Source: Lama glama
Lineage: Eukaryota
Length of the DNA stretch: 64,000 bases
Assembly (NCBI GenBank): GCA_028534125.1
Contig: CM052817.1
Location: forward strand, 37,078,001-37,142,000
Reading direction: 5' to 3'
Shown here: positions 25,511-39,004 of the stretch, piece by piece
How positions within the stretch are numbered: the first letter of the stretch is position 1
How the letters are laid out: every line of letters begins with the position of its first letter
Position numbers and translations under genes: made by a program
The notes under the pieces: model-generated
What the model was told of the DNA's origin: nothing
The model's database searches: none
Seen by the model: the letters and a program-made list of their open reading frames with translations, nothing else

Positions 25511-28500
25511 GTATGTGAACATGTGTTTCCTTCATTGGTTACTATGCTTAACTTGTGTGTGATTTCTTATCCTGTCTAATGAGGACTACTCTTTAACAAT
25601 ATTAGACTTGAAGATGCTGAAGTAAACAGAAAGAATTGCACAAAATCTCTTGTACAACAGCACTATCAATCATTAATCTCCTCCTGGGTTAACAATTCTA
25701 GAGATGGCTACAGGGAAATTATCCAGTAAGAAGCCAAGTGCTTAAAGCATTTCTCATCCCTTTTAACAGCAAGGAATTATAAAACAAGAACAATATTTTT
25801 GTACCATGAACAAAAGTTAATATTAATAATTTTAATAAAGTAATTTTGTAGAAATAAAACAATGTAAAGAGAGTATTATCTAAGATTCTAAACATTAAAA
25901 ACATCCCAACAATGAAATAACTATGATAAGCACTTGTTACAGTTTTTAAAGACATTTTAAATGCAGCTATAAAATCATGCGTTGAGAAAAATCTGCATAC
26001 ATAATCATGCTTTTTTTAATTTAAAATAAACATTTTGCATGTTAATAAATATGTATGTGAACATCATTTTCAATTCCTGCGTGGTATGCCATTGTATATA
26101 TCTGCCACTCTTTATTCAATTTATGCATTACTGTTAGATAATTTATTTGTCAAGACTCTTTTAGTTGCAAGGAACACAAAACTTAAACTTCCACAGACCA
26201 AAAGAGAAAGTCTTAGGCAGATTCTTCTCTGCTGGCAAGATGGGCTCTAGCCATAGTAGTGGTCTGGAACAATATCCTTTCAACTCCAGGTCCAGCAGAT
26301 GGGGGAAGAGCCATGCCTTCAAATGTTCTAGTTCTAGAGCTCACTCTAACGAGGCCAACTTGGATCCAACCACCATATAGGGATGGGGAGCTGGGGTATA
26401 ACTGAGCAAAATCAGAGTGATGTTACCAGAATGAGGGAGTATGAATGCTGTTGGGCAAAAACAGCAGCTGTCCCCTTCAGACACTTAAAATTGTTTCCAA
26501 CTTTCCTGCTTTCATGAGCTGTATACTCCAGGGTCTATCCCTGAGTATAAATCTTTAGAAACGTGATTAATTATTTCCTTGACGTAAATACTTAAAAGAG
26601 AAATTACCGAATCTAAAAGCATGGCATATTTTTAATGAATTCGTTGCCTTTTGCCAAATTACCTTCCAGAAAATGCTACCAGTTTACTTGTCCTTTGGAA
26701 AATAGGAAGTTCTGTGGAAAGTTCTGTCACTTTTTTTTAAGCTTAGATATATTTTGATGGCTTAATAAGATTGCCAATTCAGTTATATAAAATGAAAATA
26801 TTCTGTACATTGAAAATCAACTCATACAAATAAAAAATTTCCTCATATCCTTACCATTACTGCTAGGCAAAAAATTTATCTTTTTAAAATTTGTATTTAT
26901 TTTAATTACTCCTGAAATAAATAAAACCTTTTATGTGCATATATCTATTGGTATTTTTATTTTGTGAATTTTCTGCTAATGTCCTTAGGTATTTATCCAC
27001 TAGATTATTGTCTTATTTATTTATAAGAGTTGTCATGTATTCACTCTTATCTTTGTCTTATACACTACAAGTGCTTTACTTATTTGTCATTTGCCTCTTA
27101 ACTTGGTTGGGAGCTAATAAAGTTTAGAGTATATCATATAAAGGTCTGGTTTGTTGCCCACATTAAAAGCCTGATTCCACTTTCTTTTGTGTCTTTGGGC
27201 AAGTCCTATAACCCTGCTCTGCCTAAGTTTCCTTTTCAGTAATGGAGATCATGATAGTATCTATTTCACAGAGTTGTTGTGAGAATTAAATTAAATAATG
27301 CATCTGATAACTGAGGACAGTGTTTGGCATACAGTGATCAATTTTAGATATGATTATTTTTGTTTGTGTTGTTTTTCAATGTACAGAAGATTTACATTTT
27401 ATGTAATTGAATCTAGCAATCTTTCTCATAAGCCTTCAATATATATCTAAGCTTTAAAAAAAAAAAGGTGAGAGAGAACATTCCACAGCTTTCTGTTTTC
27501 CAAAGCACAGTTTAATTGGCAAGATTTTACAGCTACTTTGTATAATTGCAAATCTGTACAGATTTATAGAAAAACAATCTATCTGGTAATTAATGCCACT
27601 GAATTATACACTTAAAATGGTTAAAATGGCAAATTTTTTATTATAAATATTTTTGCATAATTTAAAAATTAATAATGTAATATTACAAGAACCATTGAGT
27701 TGTACACCTAAATGGGTGAATTATATGGTATATGAATTAATATCTCAATAATGCTGTTTTCTTTAAAAACTCAGCTGGAAAAGTAATGTCTACTTAGAAT
27801 ATGATTAATTTCACTTCTTTTTCCAAATGAAGGCTCTGTGACAATAAGAATTTCTTTGCATTTTGATTCATTCATTTGACACGTATTTATTGAGCACCTA
27901 TTGTAGGCCAAGCACTGTGCCAGGCCCTGGGGATTCATTGGGAACCAAAATCTATATGGAGATTGTTATACTAAAGGTAGGGGACAGACATTAAAAAAAA
28001 ATTCACCCGAATGAATATTTAATTACAAACCCAAGATGTGCTATCATGGAAAACTGAAGCTTGCTGCATAATGGAGAAATAATTTAGACTACGGGTCAGG
28101 AAAGGCCTCTCTGAGGAAGTCAAGCTGAGACTTAAAGGAAGAACAGGACTTATCTAGGAGTTTCCTAATGAATTCCGTGAACATATTATAGTAAATAATG
28201 AGCAGTCTATAGCAACATTAAATTTTATGGAAACAACAACAACAAAAATACCCTATCAATTTCCCTAACCAAACATTTAAACCTACTCAGTTCTCACTCT
28301 AACAAATGATGCTGGGCAGCGATAATGTTCTATGCTAGTGCTTCTTAGAGTTCACTAGCGTTTACTATACATTTACCTGAGGATCATCTAGAATGCAGAT
28401 TCTGATTCAGTAGGTCTGGGCCAGGTCCTGAGATTCAGATCTTGCCATGCTGCTTGGCACTTAATTGAGGAAAACAGAAATCTGAATTTAACAGATGCAG

Positions 28501-28541
28501 CAGCTTTCTTGAATTATTTTGTGAACTCTGTTTATTTTCAG

Positions 28542-28679
28542 TTCAAGCAAGTTTGCTGCTGTTGGATTTCATAAAGCTTTGACTGAAGAACTGGCTGCCT
28601 TAGAAAGAACCGGAATCAAAACAACATGTCTCTGCCCTAATTTCATAAACACTGGCTTCATCAAAAACCCAAGAACCAG
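28542..28679 (+). CDS. HSD17B11: HSD17B11 exon 5
   Basis: Acceptor TTTTCAG|T. Encodes (C)SSKFAAVGFHKALTEELAALERTGIKTTCLCPNFINTGFIKNPRT(S), completing YCSSK (YxxxK). Donor AG|GTAAGC. 138 nt. Confidence 0.96.
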
Positions 28680-30254
28680 GTAAGCTGAGACAGAAATGGA
28701 GACAAAAGGATTGGTGATTGCTATGCTTGTCAACCATTCTGTGGATTTTCCTAAATATTTTAATTCTTAAAACACCTGATATTCGAGGCCTTTAGCTCAT
28801 TTAGTTTCAGCTTCTATATAGATTGTGGGAAAATAGGTAGAAACAAAGAGAGAAGGAGGGACTATATCTAAATATAGATACGAATGACACTGGTGAAGTT
28901 GCTAATCCTTCCCTTTCTCTCCCCTTAAATGGTGGTTCTCAGACTTAAGTATACATACATTTCACCAGGAGTGCTTGGGAACCATGTAGGTGTCCCACCC
29001 CTAGCGACGGTGATTTATTCGGTTTGGTTGGGATGCAGTAGGGGTGGGAAAGGAGCCTAGAATTCTGTATGTTTAACAAGCATCATAGGTAATTCTGATA
29101 GAGGTGACCCAGGACCACAACGTAAAAACACTCTCCTTTGGTAATCTAAAGATTATCCTCCAAAACATGTACCAGACTATATAGTCTTTCCTTAGTTAAA
29201 AAATAAAATTAGAAAGGATTAGCTCTGAGGTTAATTTTTAATGTTTCCTCTCATAGGGAATAGCTTTAACATCTTTATAAACATGATGCATACTTAAAAA
29301 AAGATTCCAACAGACAAATACAAATAAAGTTTCTTTTAAAATTTCCTTAAAATCGTCTATTCAGTGGAAACTGCTCTTACCATTTTGATGAATATTCCTT
29401 TAGACATCTCTTGTACAGATTAAGTGCCTAAGTTTCATATAACTGGCATATATTATACATGGGACTCCGGACCCAGTGAGTAAACTGCTTGCTTCCTTCA
29501 GCATTATGATTATAGACAACAGTACTGCATTAGAAACTTCAAAATTGCTAAGAAGCTAAATTTTAACCTTTTCCAGCACAAAACAGAAATGATAATTGTG
29601 TAACCTGCATTAGCTGACGCTAAGGTGGCAATCATACTGCAATGTATAAATGTATCAAATCAGCAGGTTGTATAACTTAAACTTATATAATATGATATGC
29701 CAATTATATCTCAATAAGAATTCATTAATTTTTGAAACAGTTGACTAGAACTGAAAAGTAGTGTCAAAGGAAGAGGTGAGTACAATCCCCAAGGATAAAA
29801 TCTGCCAATATAAGACACTAATATATTTGAGTCAAGTTTTTCACTCAGACTGTCTTTCAATAGTTAAAAACAGACAGTATATATATTTTTAATTATTGTT
29901 GATTTTTTTACCCTTGTCCCCAGGAGTAGGTGACACAAAGTTTACCTTCATGGGGGCAAGGGGGCCCTCTCCTGGCAAAGCTCTACTAGTACAATTTTAA
30001 AAATTACTGGGACGATTGCTGTGGGGAAGGGGGTAAATAGAAATGGCCTGATTGTAGCGTAATCACAGGAATATAACCTGGCTAAGGAAGGGTCTGGGGC
30101 TTGTCCTGCCATGTGAACCTCTCTGAAGATAAGGTAATACTGGAGTACATGCCAAAGGTGAAGTTGGTTTTAATCTGGAAACTTAGTTCTAGTTAGAACA
30201 GAAAACTCTTACTCCAGTTAACGTTTTGGACAAAATAAAATCTGTAATTTTCTT

Positions 30255-33200
30255 TTTATTATTATTTATTTTTAAACATTTTTTATTGAGTTAGTCATTT
30301 TACAATTTTGTGTCAAATTCCAGGGTAGAGCACTATTTTTCAGTTATACATGAACATACATATATCATTGTCACATTTTTTTTCACTGTGAGCTACCACA
30401 AGATCTTGTATATATTTCCCTGTGCTATACAGTATAATCTTGTTTATCTATTCTGCATATGCCTGTCAATATCTACAGATTTCAAATCCTAGTCTGTCCC
30501 TTCCCACCCACCTCCCCCATGGCAACCACAAGTTTGTATTCTATGTCTATGAGTCTGTTTCTCTTTTGCATTTGTGTTCTTTTTTTTTTTAATTACACAT
30601 ATGAGCGATCTCATATGGTATTTTTCTTTCTCTTTCTGGCTGACTTCACTTAGAATGACATTCTCCAGGGACATCCATGTTGCTGCAAATGGCGTTATGT
30701 TGTTGGTTTTTATGGCTGAATAGTATTTCATTGTATAAATATACCATCACCTCTTTATCCAGTCATCTGTTGATGGACATTTAGGCTGTTTCCATGTCTT
30801 GGCTATTGTAAATAGTGCTGCTATGAACACTGGGATGCAGGTGTCTTTTTGAAGTTGGGCTCCTTCTGGATATATGCCCAGGAGCGGGATAACTGGGTCA
30901 TATGGTAAGTCTATCCCTAGTCTTTTGAGAAATCTGCATACTGTTTTCCACAGGGGCTGCACCAAACTGCATTCACACCAGCAGTGTAGGAGGGTTCCCC
31001 TTTCTCCACAGCCTCTCCAGCATTTGTCATTTGTGGATTTTTGAGTGACAGCCATTCTAACTGGTGTGAAGTGATACCTCATTGTAGTTTGGATTTGCAT
31101 TTCTCTGATAATTAGTGATATTGAGCATTTTTTCATGTGCCTATTGACCATTTGTATGTCTTCTTTGGAGAATTGCTTGTTTAGGTCTTCTGCCCATTTT
31201 TGGATTGGCTTGTTTGTTTGTTTCTTAGTAAGTCATATGAGCTGCTTATATATTCTGAGATCAAGCCTTTGTTGGTTTCATTTGCAAAAATTTTCTCCCA
31301 TTCCATATGTTGTCATTTTGTTTTACTGATGGTTTCCTTTGCTGTACAGAAGCTTGTGACTTTAGTTAGGTCCCATTTGTTTATTCTTGCTTTTATTTCT
31401 ATTGCTCGAGTAGACTGTTCTAGGAGAACATCTTTGAGATGTATGTCAGATAATGTTTTGCCTATATTTTCTTCTAGGAGGTTTATTGTATCTTGTCTTA
31501 TGTTTAAGTCTTTGATCCATTTTGAGTTCATTTTTATGTATGGTGTAAGGGAGTGTTCTAGCTTCATTGACTTACATGCTGCTGTCCAGTTTTCCCAACA
31601 CCATTTGCTGAAAAAAGACTGTCTTTATTCCATTGTATATTCTTGCCTCCTTTGTCAAAGATTAGTTGACCAGAAGTTTGTGGGTTCATTCCTGGGCTCT
31701 CTGTTCTGTTCCATTGGTCCATATGTCAGTTTTTGTACCAATACCATGCTGTTTTGATTACTATAGCTTTATAGTATTGTCTGAAGTCTGGGAGAGTTAT
31801 TCCTCCAGCCTCTTTCTTTTTCTTCAGTAATGCTTTGGCAATTCTAGGTCTTTTGTGGTTCCATATAAATTTTATTATGATTTGTTCTAGTTCTGTGAAA
31901 TATGTCCTGGGTAATTTGATAGGGATTGCATTAAATCTATAGATTGGCTTGGGCAGTATGACCATTTTAACAATGTTGATTCTTCCAATCCAAGAGCATG
32001 GGATATCTTTCCATTTTTTTAAGTCTTCTTTAATTTCCTTAATCAGTGTTTTATAATTTTCCATGTATAAGTCTTTCACCTCCTTGGTTAAATTTGTTCC
32101 TAGGTACTTTATTACTTTGGGTGCTATTTTAAAGGGGACTGTTCCTTTACTTTCTTTTTCTGTGGATTCATCATTAGTGTAAAGAAATGCAACTGATTTT
32201 TGAATGTTAATCTTGTAACCTGCTACTTTGCTGAATTCTTTCATTATTTCTAGTAGTTTTTGTGTGGATCTTTTAGGGTTTTCTATATATAGTATCATGT
32301 CATCTGCATATAGTGACACTTTTACCTCTTCTTTTCCAATTTGGATCCCTTTTATTTCTCTCTCTTGCCTGATTGTTGTGGCCTAGGACTTCAAAGACTA
32401 TGTTGAATAGGAGTGGTGATAGTGGGCATCCTTGTCTTGTCCCAGACTTTAGTGGGAAGCTTTTGAGTTTTTCACCATTAAGTACAATGCTGGCTGTAGG
32501 TTTGTCATATATAGCTTTTATTATATTGAGATATGTTGCCTCTATACCCACTTTGGTGAGAGTTTTTATCATAAATGGGTTTTGAATTTTATCAAATGCT
32601 TTTTCGGCATCTATTGAGATGATCATATGGTTTTCGTCCTTTCTCTTGTTGATGTGATATATTACATTGATTAATCTGCATATGTTGAACCACCCTTGTG
32701 TCCCTGGGGTGAGCCCCAGTTGATCATGATGTATAATCTTTTTTATGTGCTGCTGGATTCTATTTGCTAATATTTTGGTAAGGATTTTTGCATCTATGTT
32801 CATCCATGATATTGGTCTGTAATTCTCTTTTTTGGTGGTGTCTTTGCCTGATTTTGGTATCAGGGTAATTGTGGCTTCATAGAATGAGTTTGGGAGTATT
32901 CCCTCCTTTTCAATCTTCTGGAAGAGTTTGAGAAGGACTGGTATGAGTTTTTGCATGTTTGGTAGAATTCCCTGGTGAAGCCATCTGGTCCTGGACTTTT
33001 ATTTATAGGGAGGATTTTTATTGCTAATTCGATTTCATTTCTAGTGATCTGTTTGTTCAAGTGGTCAGTTTCTTCTTGATTCAGTCTTGGTGGACTGTAT
33101 GTTTCCAGAAACTTACCTATCTCCTCTAGGCTATGCATTTTGGTTCCATATAGTATTTCATAATATTCTCATATGATATTCTGTATTTCTATGCTATTTG

Positions 33201-36200
33201 TTGTAATTTCTTCATTTTCCTTCCTTATTTTGCTTATTTGTGCTCTCTCTTTTTTCTTCTTTGTGAGTTTGGCCAGAGGTTTGTGGATTTTATTTACTCT
33301 TTCAAAAATCCAGCTTTTGGTATGATTGATTTTTTCTATTTTTTTTATCTCTATTTTATTTATTTCCTCCCTGATCTTTATTATTTCCTTCCTTCTGCTG
33401 ACTTTTGGGGTTTTTTGCTCTTCTTTTTCTAATTCTTTTAGCTAGTGGTTTAGATTGTGTATTTGAGATTGTTCTTCTTTTTTGAGGAATGCCTGTATTG
33501 CTATAAACTTCCCTCTTAGCATTGCCTTTGCTGCATCCCATAAATTTTGTGTGATCGTGTTTTCATTTTCATTTGTCTCAAGATATTTTTTCATTTCAAC
33601 TTTGATTTCATCATTGACCCATTGGTTTTTTAATAGCATGTTATTTAATCTCCATGCTTTCCTTTTTTTCTCCTTTGTTTCTCTGTAGTTGATTTCTAGT
33701 TNNNNNNNNNNNNNNNNNNNNNNNNNNNNNNNNNNNNNNNNNNNNNNNNNNNNNNNNNNNNNNNNNNNNNNNNNNNNNNNNNNNNNNNNNNNNNNNNNNN
33801 NNNNNNNNNNNNNNNNNNNNNNNNNNNNNNNNNNNNNNNNNNNNNNNNNNNNNNNNNNNNNNNNNNNNNNNNNNNNNNNNNNNNNNNNNNNNNNNNNNNN
33901 NNNNNNNNNNNNNNNNNNNNNNNNNNNNNNNNNNNNNNNNNNNNNNNNNNNNNNNNNNNNNNNNNNNNNNNNNNNNNNNNNNNNNNNNNNNNNNNNNNNN
34001 NNNNNNNNNNNNNNNNNNNNNNNNNNNNNNNNNNNNNNNNNNNNNNNNNNNNNNNNNNNNNNNNNNNNNNNNNNNNNNNNNNNNNNNNNNNNNNNNNNNN
34101 NNNNNNNNNNNNNNNNNNNNNNNNNNNNNNNNNNNNNNNNNNNNNNNNNNNNNNNNNNNNNNNNNNNNNNNNNNNNNNNNNNNNNNNNNNNNNNNNNNNN
34201 NTTGCTTTATTATCCAGTCTGCCACTCTATGTCTTTTGATTGGAGCATTTAGTCCATTAACATTTACAGTAATTAATGATAGATATGTGTTTATTGCCAT
34301 TTTGAACTTATTTTTGCAGTTGATTTGGTATTTCCTCTTTGTTTCTTTCTTCTTCCTTTTGTGATTTGGTAGTTTTCCTTTGTATTATCTTGGATTTTCT
34401 TTAGTTTTTGTGACTCACTTGTAAGTTTTTGGCTTGTGGTAACCCTTTTTTTATAAGTCTGTTAACCCATTACTATAACTGTTTGTATTAAACAGATAGT
34501 AGTATAAACTCAAACCCATCCTACCAAGAACAAAAAATTTTGAAAAGAAAAAAAATAACCTGTATTTTCTTTCTTCCCTCTCCCACTTTTAATGATTTAG
34601 ATGTCTTCTTTTACAATTTTGTGTTTATTCTATTTGTAATTCATAATAGTTATGAGTTATGAGTTTCCATTTATGAGTTTCTCATTTTTGTAGCATCCTG
34701 CTTCTTTTCTATTTAGAGTAGACCTTTCAATATTTCTTTTAGCATGAGTTTAGTGTTGTTAAACTCTTTTAGATTTTGCTTGTCTGTGAAATTCTTTATC
34801 TCTCCTTCTATTCTAAAGAATAGCCTTGCTGGATAGAGTATCCTAGGCCGCATCTTTTTTTCATTCAGGACTTTGAATATATCTTGCCACTCCCTTCTGA
34901 CCTGTAGTGTTTGTGTAGAGAAATCTGCTGAGAGCCTTATGGGGGTTCCCTTGTAACTCACTCTTTGTTTTTCTCTTGCTGCCTTTAGGATCATTTCTTT
35001 ATCCTTGACTGTGGCCATCCTGATTATGATATATCTTGGTGTGGGTCTGTTTGGGTTCTTCCTGTTTGGGACCCTGTGAGCCTCCTGTACTTGGATATCT
35101 GATTCCTTCTTTAGATTTGGGAAGTATTCAGTCCTGATTTCTTCAAATACCTTTTCAATCCCCTTTGTTCTTTCTTCCTCTTCTGGAACCCCTATTATGC
35201 GTAGATTGGCATGCCTTATATTATCCCATAGGTCCCTTATATTGATTTCATTGTTTTTTATTTGTTTTTCTCTCAGCTGTTTGGGTACTTTCTGTTGTCC
35301 TGTCTTCTAGGTCACTTATCTTTTCCTCTACATTGTGTAGCCTGCTGTGTATAGCCTTTTGACTAGTTCTCATTTCAGCCAATGAGTTTATCAATTCTAG
35401 TTGGCTCTTCTTTATAGCTTCAATTTCATTTTTGACGTATTTTATATCTCTAAACACTATCTCTTTTAGTTCCTTCAGTACTTTGATCACTCCTTTTTTG
35501 AAATATTGATCTAGTAGGCCATCAGTGTCTATTTCATTGATCATGCTTTCAGGGGATTTCTCTTGCTCTTTTGATTGGGAGTGGTTCCTCTGCTTCTTAT
35601 TACTCATATCTCTCTGGCATTGTGGCTTAAGGAGTATCAGTTATCTATTGTGGTCCTTAAGGAGTTTATTTAAAATATTTATCTATCTAAAGCCTATGCA
35701 GGAATAAAACTTAAAAAAAAGAGAGAGAGAGAATTTTAAAAGAATGGAGAAAAAAAGTTTGAAAACAGTATATAATCAATAATAGAAGAGCAAGTTGAAG
35801 CAGAATAGCAACTGAGTTGAGATGTCTTTTAAAAACCTTAAATAAAGAGAAAAGATCAGAAAGCAATATTTAAAACTTGTGTATAATCAATAACAGAAGA
35901 TCAAAACCAAGAGAAATAAAAATGAAATGAGGTGGATTTTTTTAAATAATAATAATAAAAAATCTTAAAAGAAAATTTTAAGAGGGATTAAAACTGTAGA
36001 CATATACAATTGTTTAAAAAGTAAAGATTAAAAAGGTAATAAAAGTAGAACAGATTAAAAACAAGATTAAAACAAAAAAAAAAGGGGGATGTGTTCTCCT
36101 GGAGACTGTGCACGCTTAATGATTTTATTGAGAAGTCTTTCTGTCCTCGCCATTTCGTGAACTCAGCTTGCTGTTTCCAGAGACCCTCCTTTGGCGCCCT

Positions 36201-37383
36201 CCTCTGTGCTGCTGCCAGTGCCTGTCAGCAAGCAGATCATACCCCCTCCCAACACTGGGTCAGGTGCTGTGCTCCATCTCAGTGGGTGGGCGGGTCACTC
36301 TCCTTCCCAATGCCACAGTCAGATGCTGCGCTCAGGTGAGGTAGGCGGGTCAGTTGCGCCCCCTCCCAGCACCAAGGTCAGGTGCTGCGCTCCTGCATGG
36401 AAGGCGGTGGCCACCCGCCCTCTCCCAGTCCTGATTGCTCCGATCGCTCCACTGCTCTGTGCAGCTGCCCACTCTACCTCGGGTGGTGCTTTGTAGGTGG
36501 GCTCGGGGAAGACAGCGGAACAACCCCACCATGCCAAAACTCAGCTCCTTGTTTATCTTGGCAGTGCAAGTTCCCTGAGGTGCCAGGACAGAAAGATCCT
36601 ATCTGCCTCAGGCTGTAAACAAGTCTCAGTCCTGCCTGGGAGGTTGCAGGGCCCCAGGTGTGGATTCAGGTCTTGGCCCCGCCCCCCACCCAGGCGCTGT
36701 GCACAGGAGCATATGGCGGCTGTGGCTGTGCCCCCACCTCTGTTCTCCCAAGAAGCGCCAGTATTGGCACCGTGGGTCTGAGGCAACAAAGGCTATGGTG
36801 CCCCTTACCCCAGGGCACACCAGCCATGTTGCTTTGCTTTTTTTTTTTTCATTAATTTGTGGGGGGCCCAGGTTGTTCTGCTCTGTATCCCCTCCCAGCC
36901 ACGGTGCACAGCACCATGCAGTCCCCCAGGGGTGCCTCAGTGCAGCTGCCCCAGTCCTCAGGCAGCCTGTCCCAGCCCCCAGCTCATGTCTCCAGGCTGG
37001 GTGTTGCAGGGACCCTTTGTGCCTGTTTAACTTAGTTCTGTCAGTCAAGGGGTGCTCCATACAGATCGGAGCCTCTGAGGTTCTACCTCTGTCCCGCTGG
37101 TCTCTCCATTGGAGATGGGGATATTCAGCAAATGAGCGCTAGTCCTCCTTTGCCGCTCCCTCCCTGCAGGACTGGTCCCGCACTGTTTTGCTTTTTCTTC
37201 TTTTTTCCTTTTCTCCTAGCAGATTTGTGGCATCTTTGTCTTTTGAAAAGGGCGATGTTTTGTTGGAGTTCAGCAGGTGCTCTGGTTGGCTGGGTGGATC
37301 TGTGGATATGAGTTTTGGTGTATTTGTGGGAGACGGTGAGCTATGATCATCCTTCTACTCTGCCATCTTGGCCCCTTCTCCCC
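30255..37383 (-). mobile_element. Full-length LINE-1 (ORFs disrupted), antisense in HSD17B11 intron 5
   Basis: 5' end GGGAGAAGGGGCCAAGATGGC (YY1-type motif) and a GC-rich 5' UTR. ORF1 pieces at 35607-34713. ORF2 starts at 34300 (EN start TVNVNGLNAPIKR; RT YADD at ~32310; CCHC C-terminus). A-rich tail. Perfect 13-bp TSD CTGTAATTTTCTT (30242-30254, 37384-37396) at a TT/AAGA endonuclease site. Confidence 0.97.
33702..34201. other. Assembly gap (500 N) within the L1 endonuclease domain
   Basis: Run of N between ORF2 ...WIIKQ and LEIN.... Confidence 0.99.
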
Positions 37384-39004
37384 CTGTAATTTTCTTAAAC
37401 CTCTTAAGAATGCTTTGCTTAGAGAGATCAAGTAACTTACCCATATTTAGAAGAATTGAGATTCAGCCCAAATTTTCTTTTTTACACAGAGGACAGCCTT
37501 TCTGAAAGAAGAAAACTGAACCAACATCTAAATCTCTGATTCAATATAGTTTGTATCATATTAATGTTGGAACTTAAATTCTCTTTTAGATGTAGTTTAT
37601 TGGTTATTATATTTATACATCTAACACATTGCAAAGAAACTGCAATGTGTGGGTTGTAATGCAGAATAATACAAGTTTATTGGAATTAAGGATAATCAGG
37701 TGCTGCAAGTAATTTTTTGACAGCTAAGAGTTATTTTTATTAAATAAATTTGGATGTCAAGAGATCATCTTATTAAAAGCATTTACTGAAAGCCTACTAT
37801 ATACCAGGTACCCTACTAGGTCTAAATATCTTCTATAAATTACTTCTAATCTTTCATCCAGGAGGACAAGATTTAGGCCCATCATAGTTTGCCTACCCTA
37901 TTCTAATCCTTATATCCATTCTGCAAGATAAATCATACTATGCTCATTTTATGGACAAAGAAACTGGAACTTGGAGAATTTAAGAAAATTACCCAAGGTC
38001 ACACCGTCCCAGAGTGACAGATCAGAATTCCTACCTAGGTCTCTGACTTCAAATGCCCTTCTATTCCTAGCTTTGTTTTTTAATAGAAATTTTAAATTGA
38101 AATTTTTTCCTAAGAATCATTATTTTTAATGTATATTAAATACTTCATTGGAAGTAGCTTTATTGAATTCCTGATAATGCATGATGATTATAATCAAAAC
38201 TTAAGTAATATAGAGAAAAGCCCCTTCAAAATTGCTACTCTTCCAGAGATCACTTTATTGAAAAATTAGATCTCCAGTTAAAGCTTTCTAATTTAAGAGG
38301 CTATACTTCTTAATGATTTCTTTTTCTGGTACATGGAAACATACATACTATTCTATAAGCTGCCTTTTTGACTTAACAATGTGCTGCTGTCAACTTTCTG
38401 TGCTGATATATAGAGAGCTTACTTTACTTACCTTACTCTTAGCTTTTTTTCTTACCTTATTCTTTTTGTTCGCCTAACAATCCTTGGATATACATCTTCT
38501 CTATCGATGGACATTTAAATCTCAAATCTTTAATTATTGTAACAAACGCATATCCTTGTTTATGTGTGCATGTATACATATATGTATTACATGTTTATAT
38601 ATTCATATATGTGTACACATGTACATGTATATATGTGTGTGTGTATCTTTGCTCACTTTTCTGACTATTTTATTATAATTTTTTAATGAATTATTGGATC
38701 AAAGGAATTTATTTACTTTTGATAGATTTACTAGATTGCCCTCCAGAAGAATTGTTCTAATTTATCCTCCCCCCAACAGGGTATAAAGTGTCCATTCCTC
38801 TCACCTTTGCCAGCTTTGGATATTAGCATATTTTTAATCTTTACCAACATGACAGGAAAAAACCAGTACTTCCATGTTATAGTAGTATATTTTTGATTAT
38901 TAGAAAGGCTCACAATCATCTTTTTATTTAATAAGTCCTATTATCTTCTATATTCCACTCTGCTCACACAAATCAGACTGCATGCATACAAGAGCTTGTA
39001 AAAA

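Noticed and set aside
31200..31757. 185-aa hydrophobic plus-strand ORF
   Set aside because: It is the antisense shadow of L1 ORF2.
33641..34300. 219-aa and 187-aa ORFs
   Set aside because: They are artefacts of translating through the 500-N gap. Only the flanks are real L1 ORF2 sequence.
36091..37142. Dense overlapping ORFs on both strands (up to 160 aa), a possible ORF0-like gene
   Set aside because: Expected in a GC-rich L1 5' UTR with few stop codons. No recognisable protein motif or other evidence of coding.
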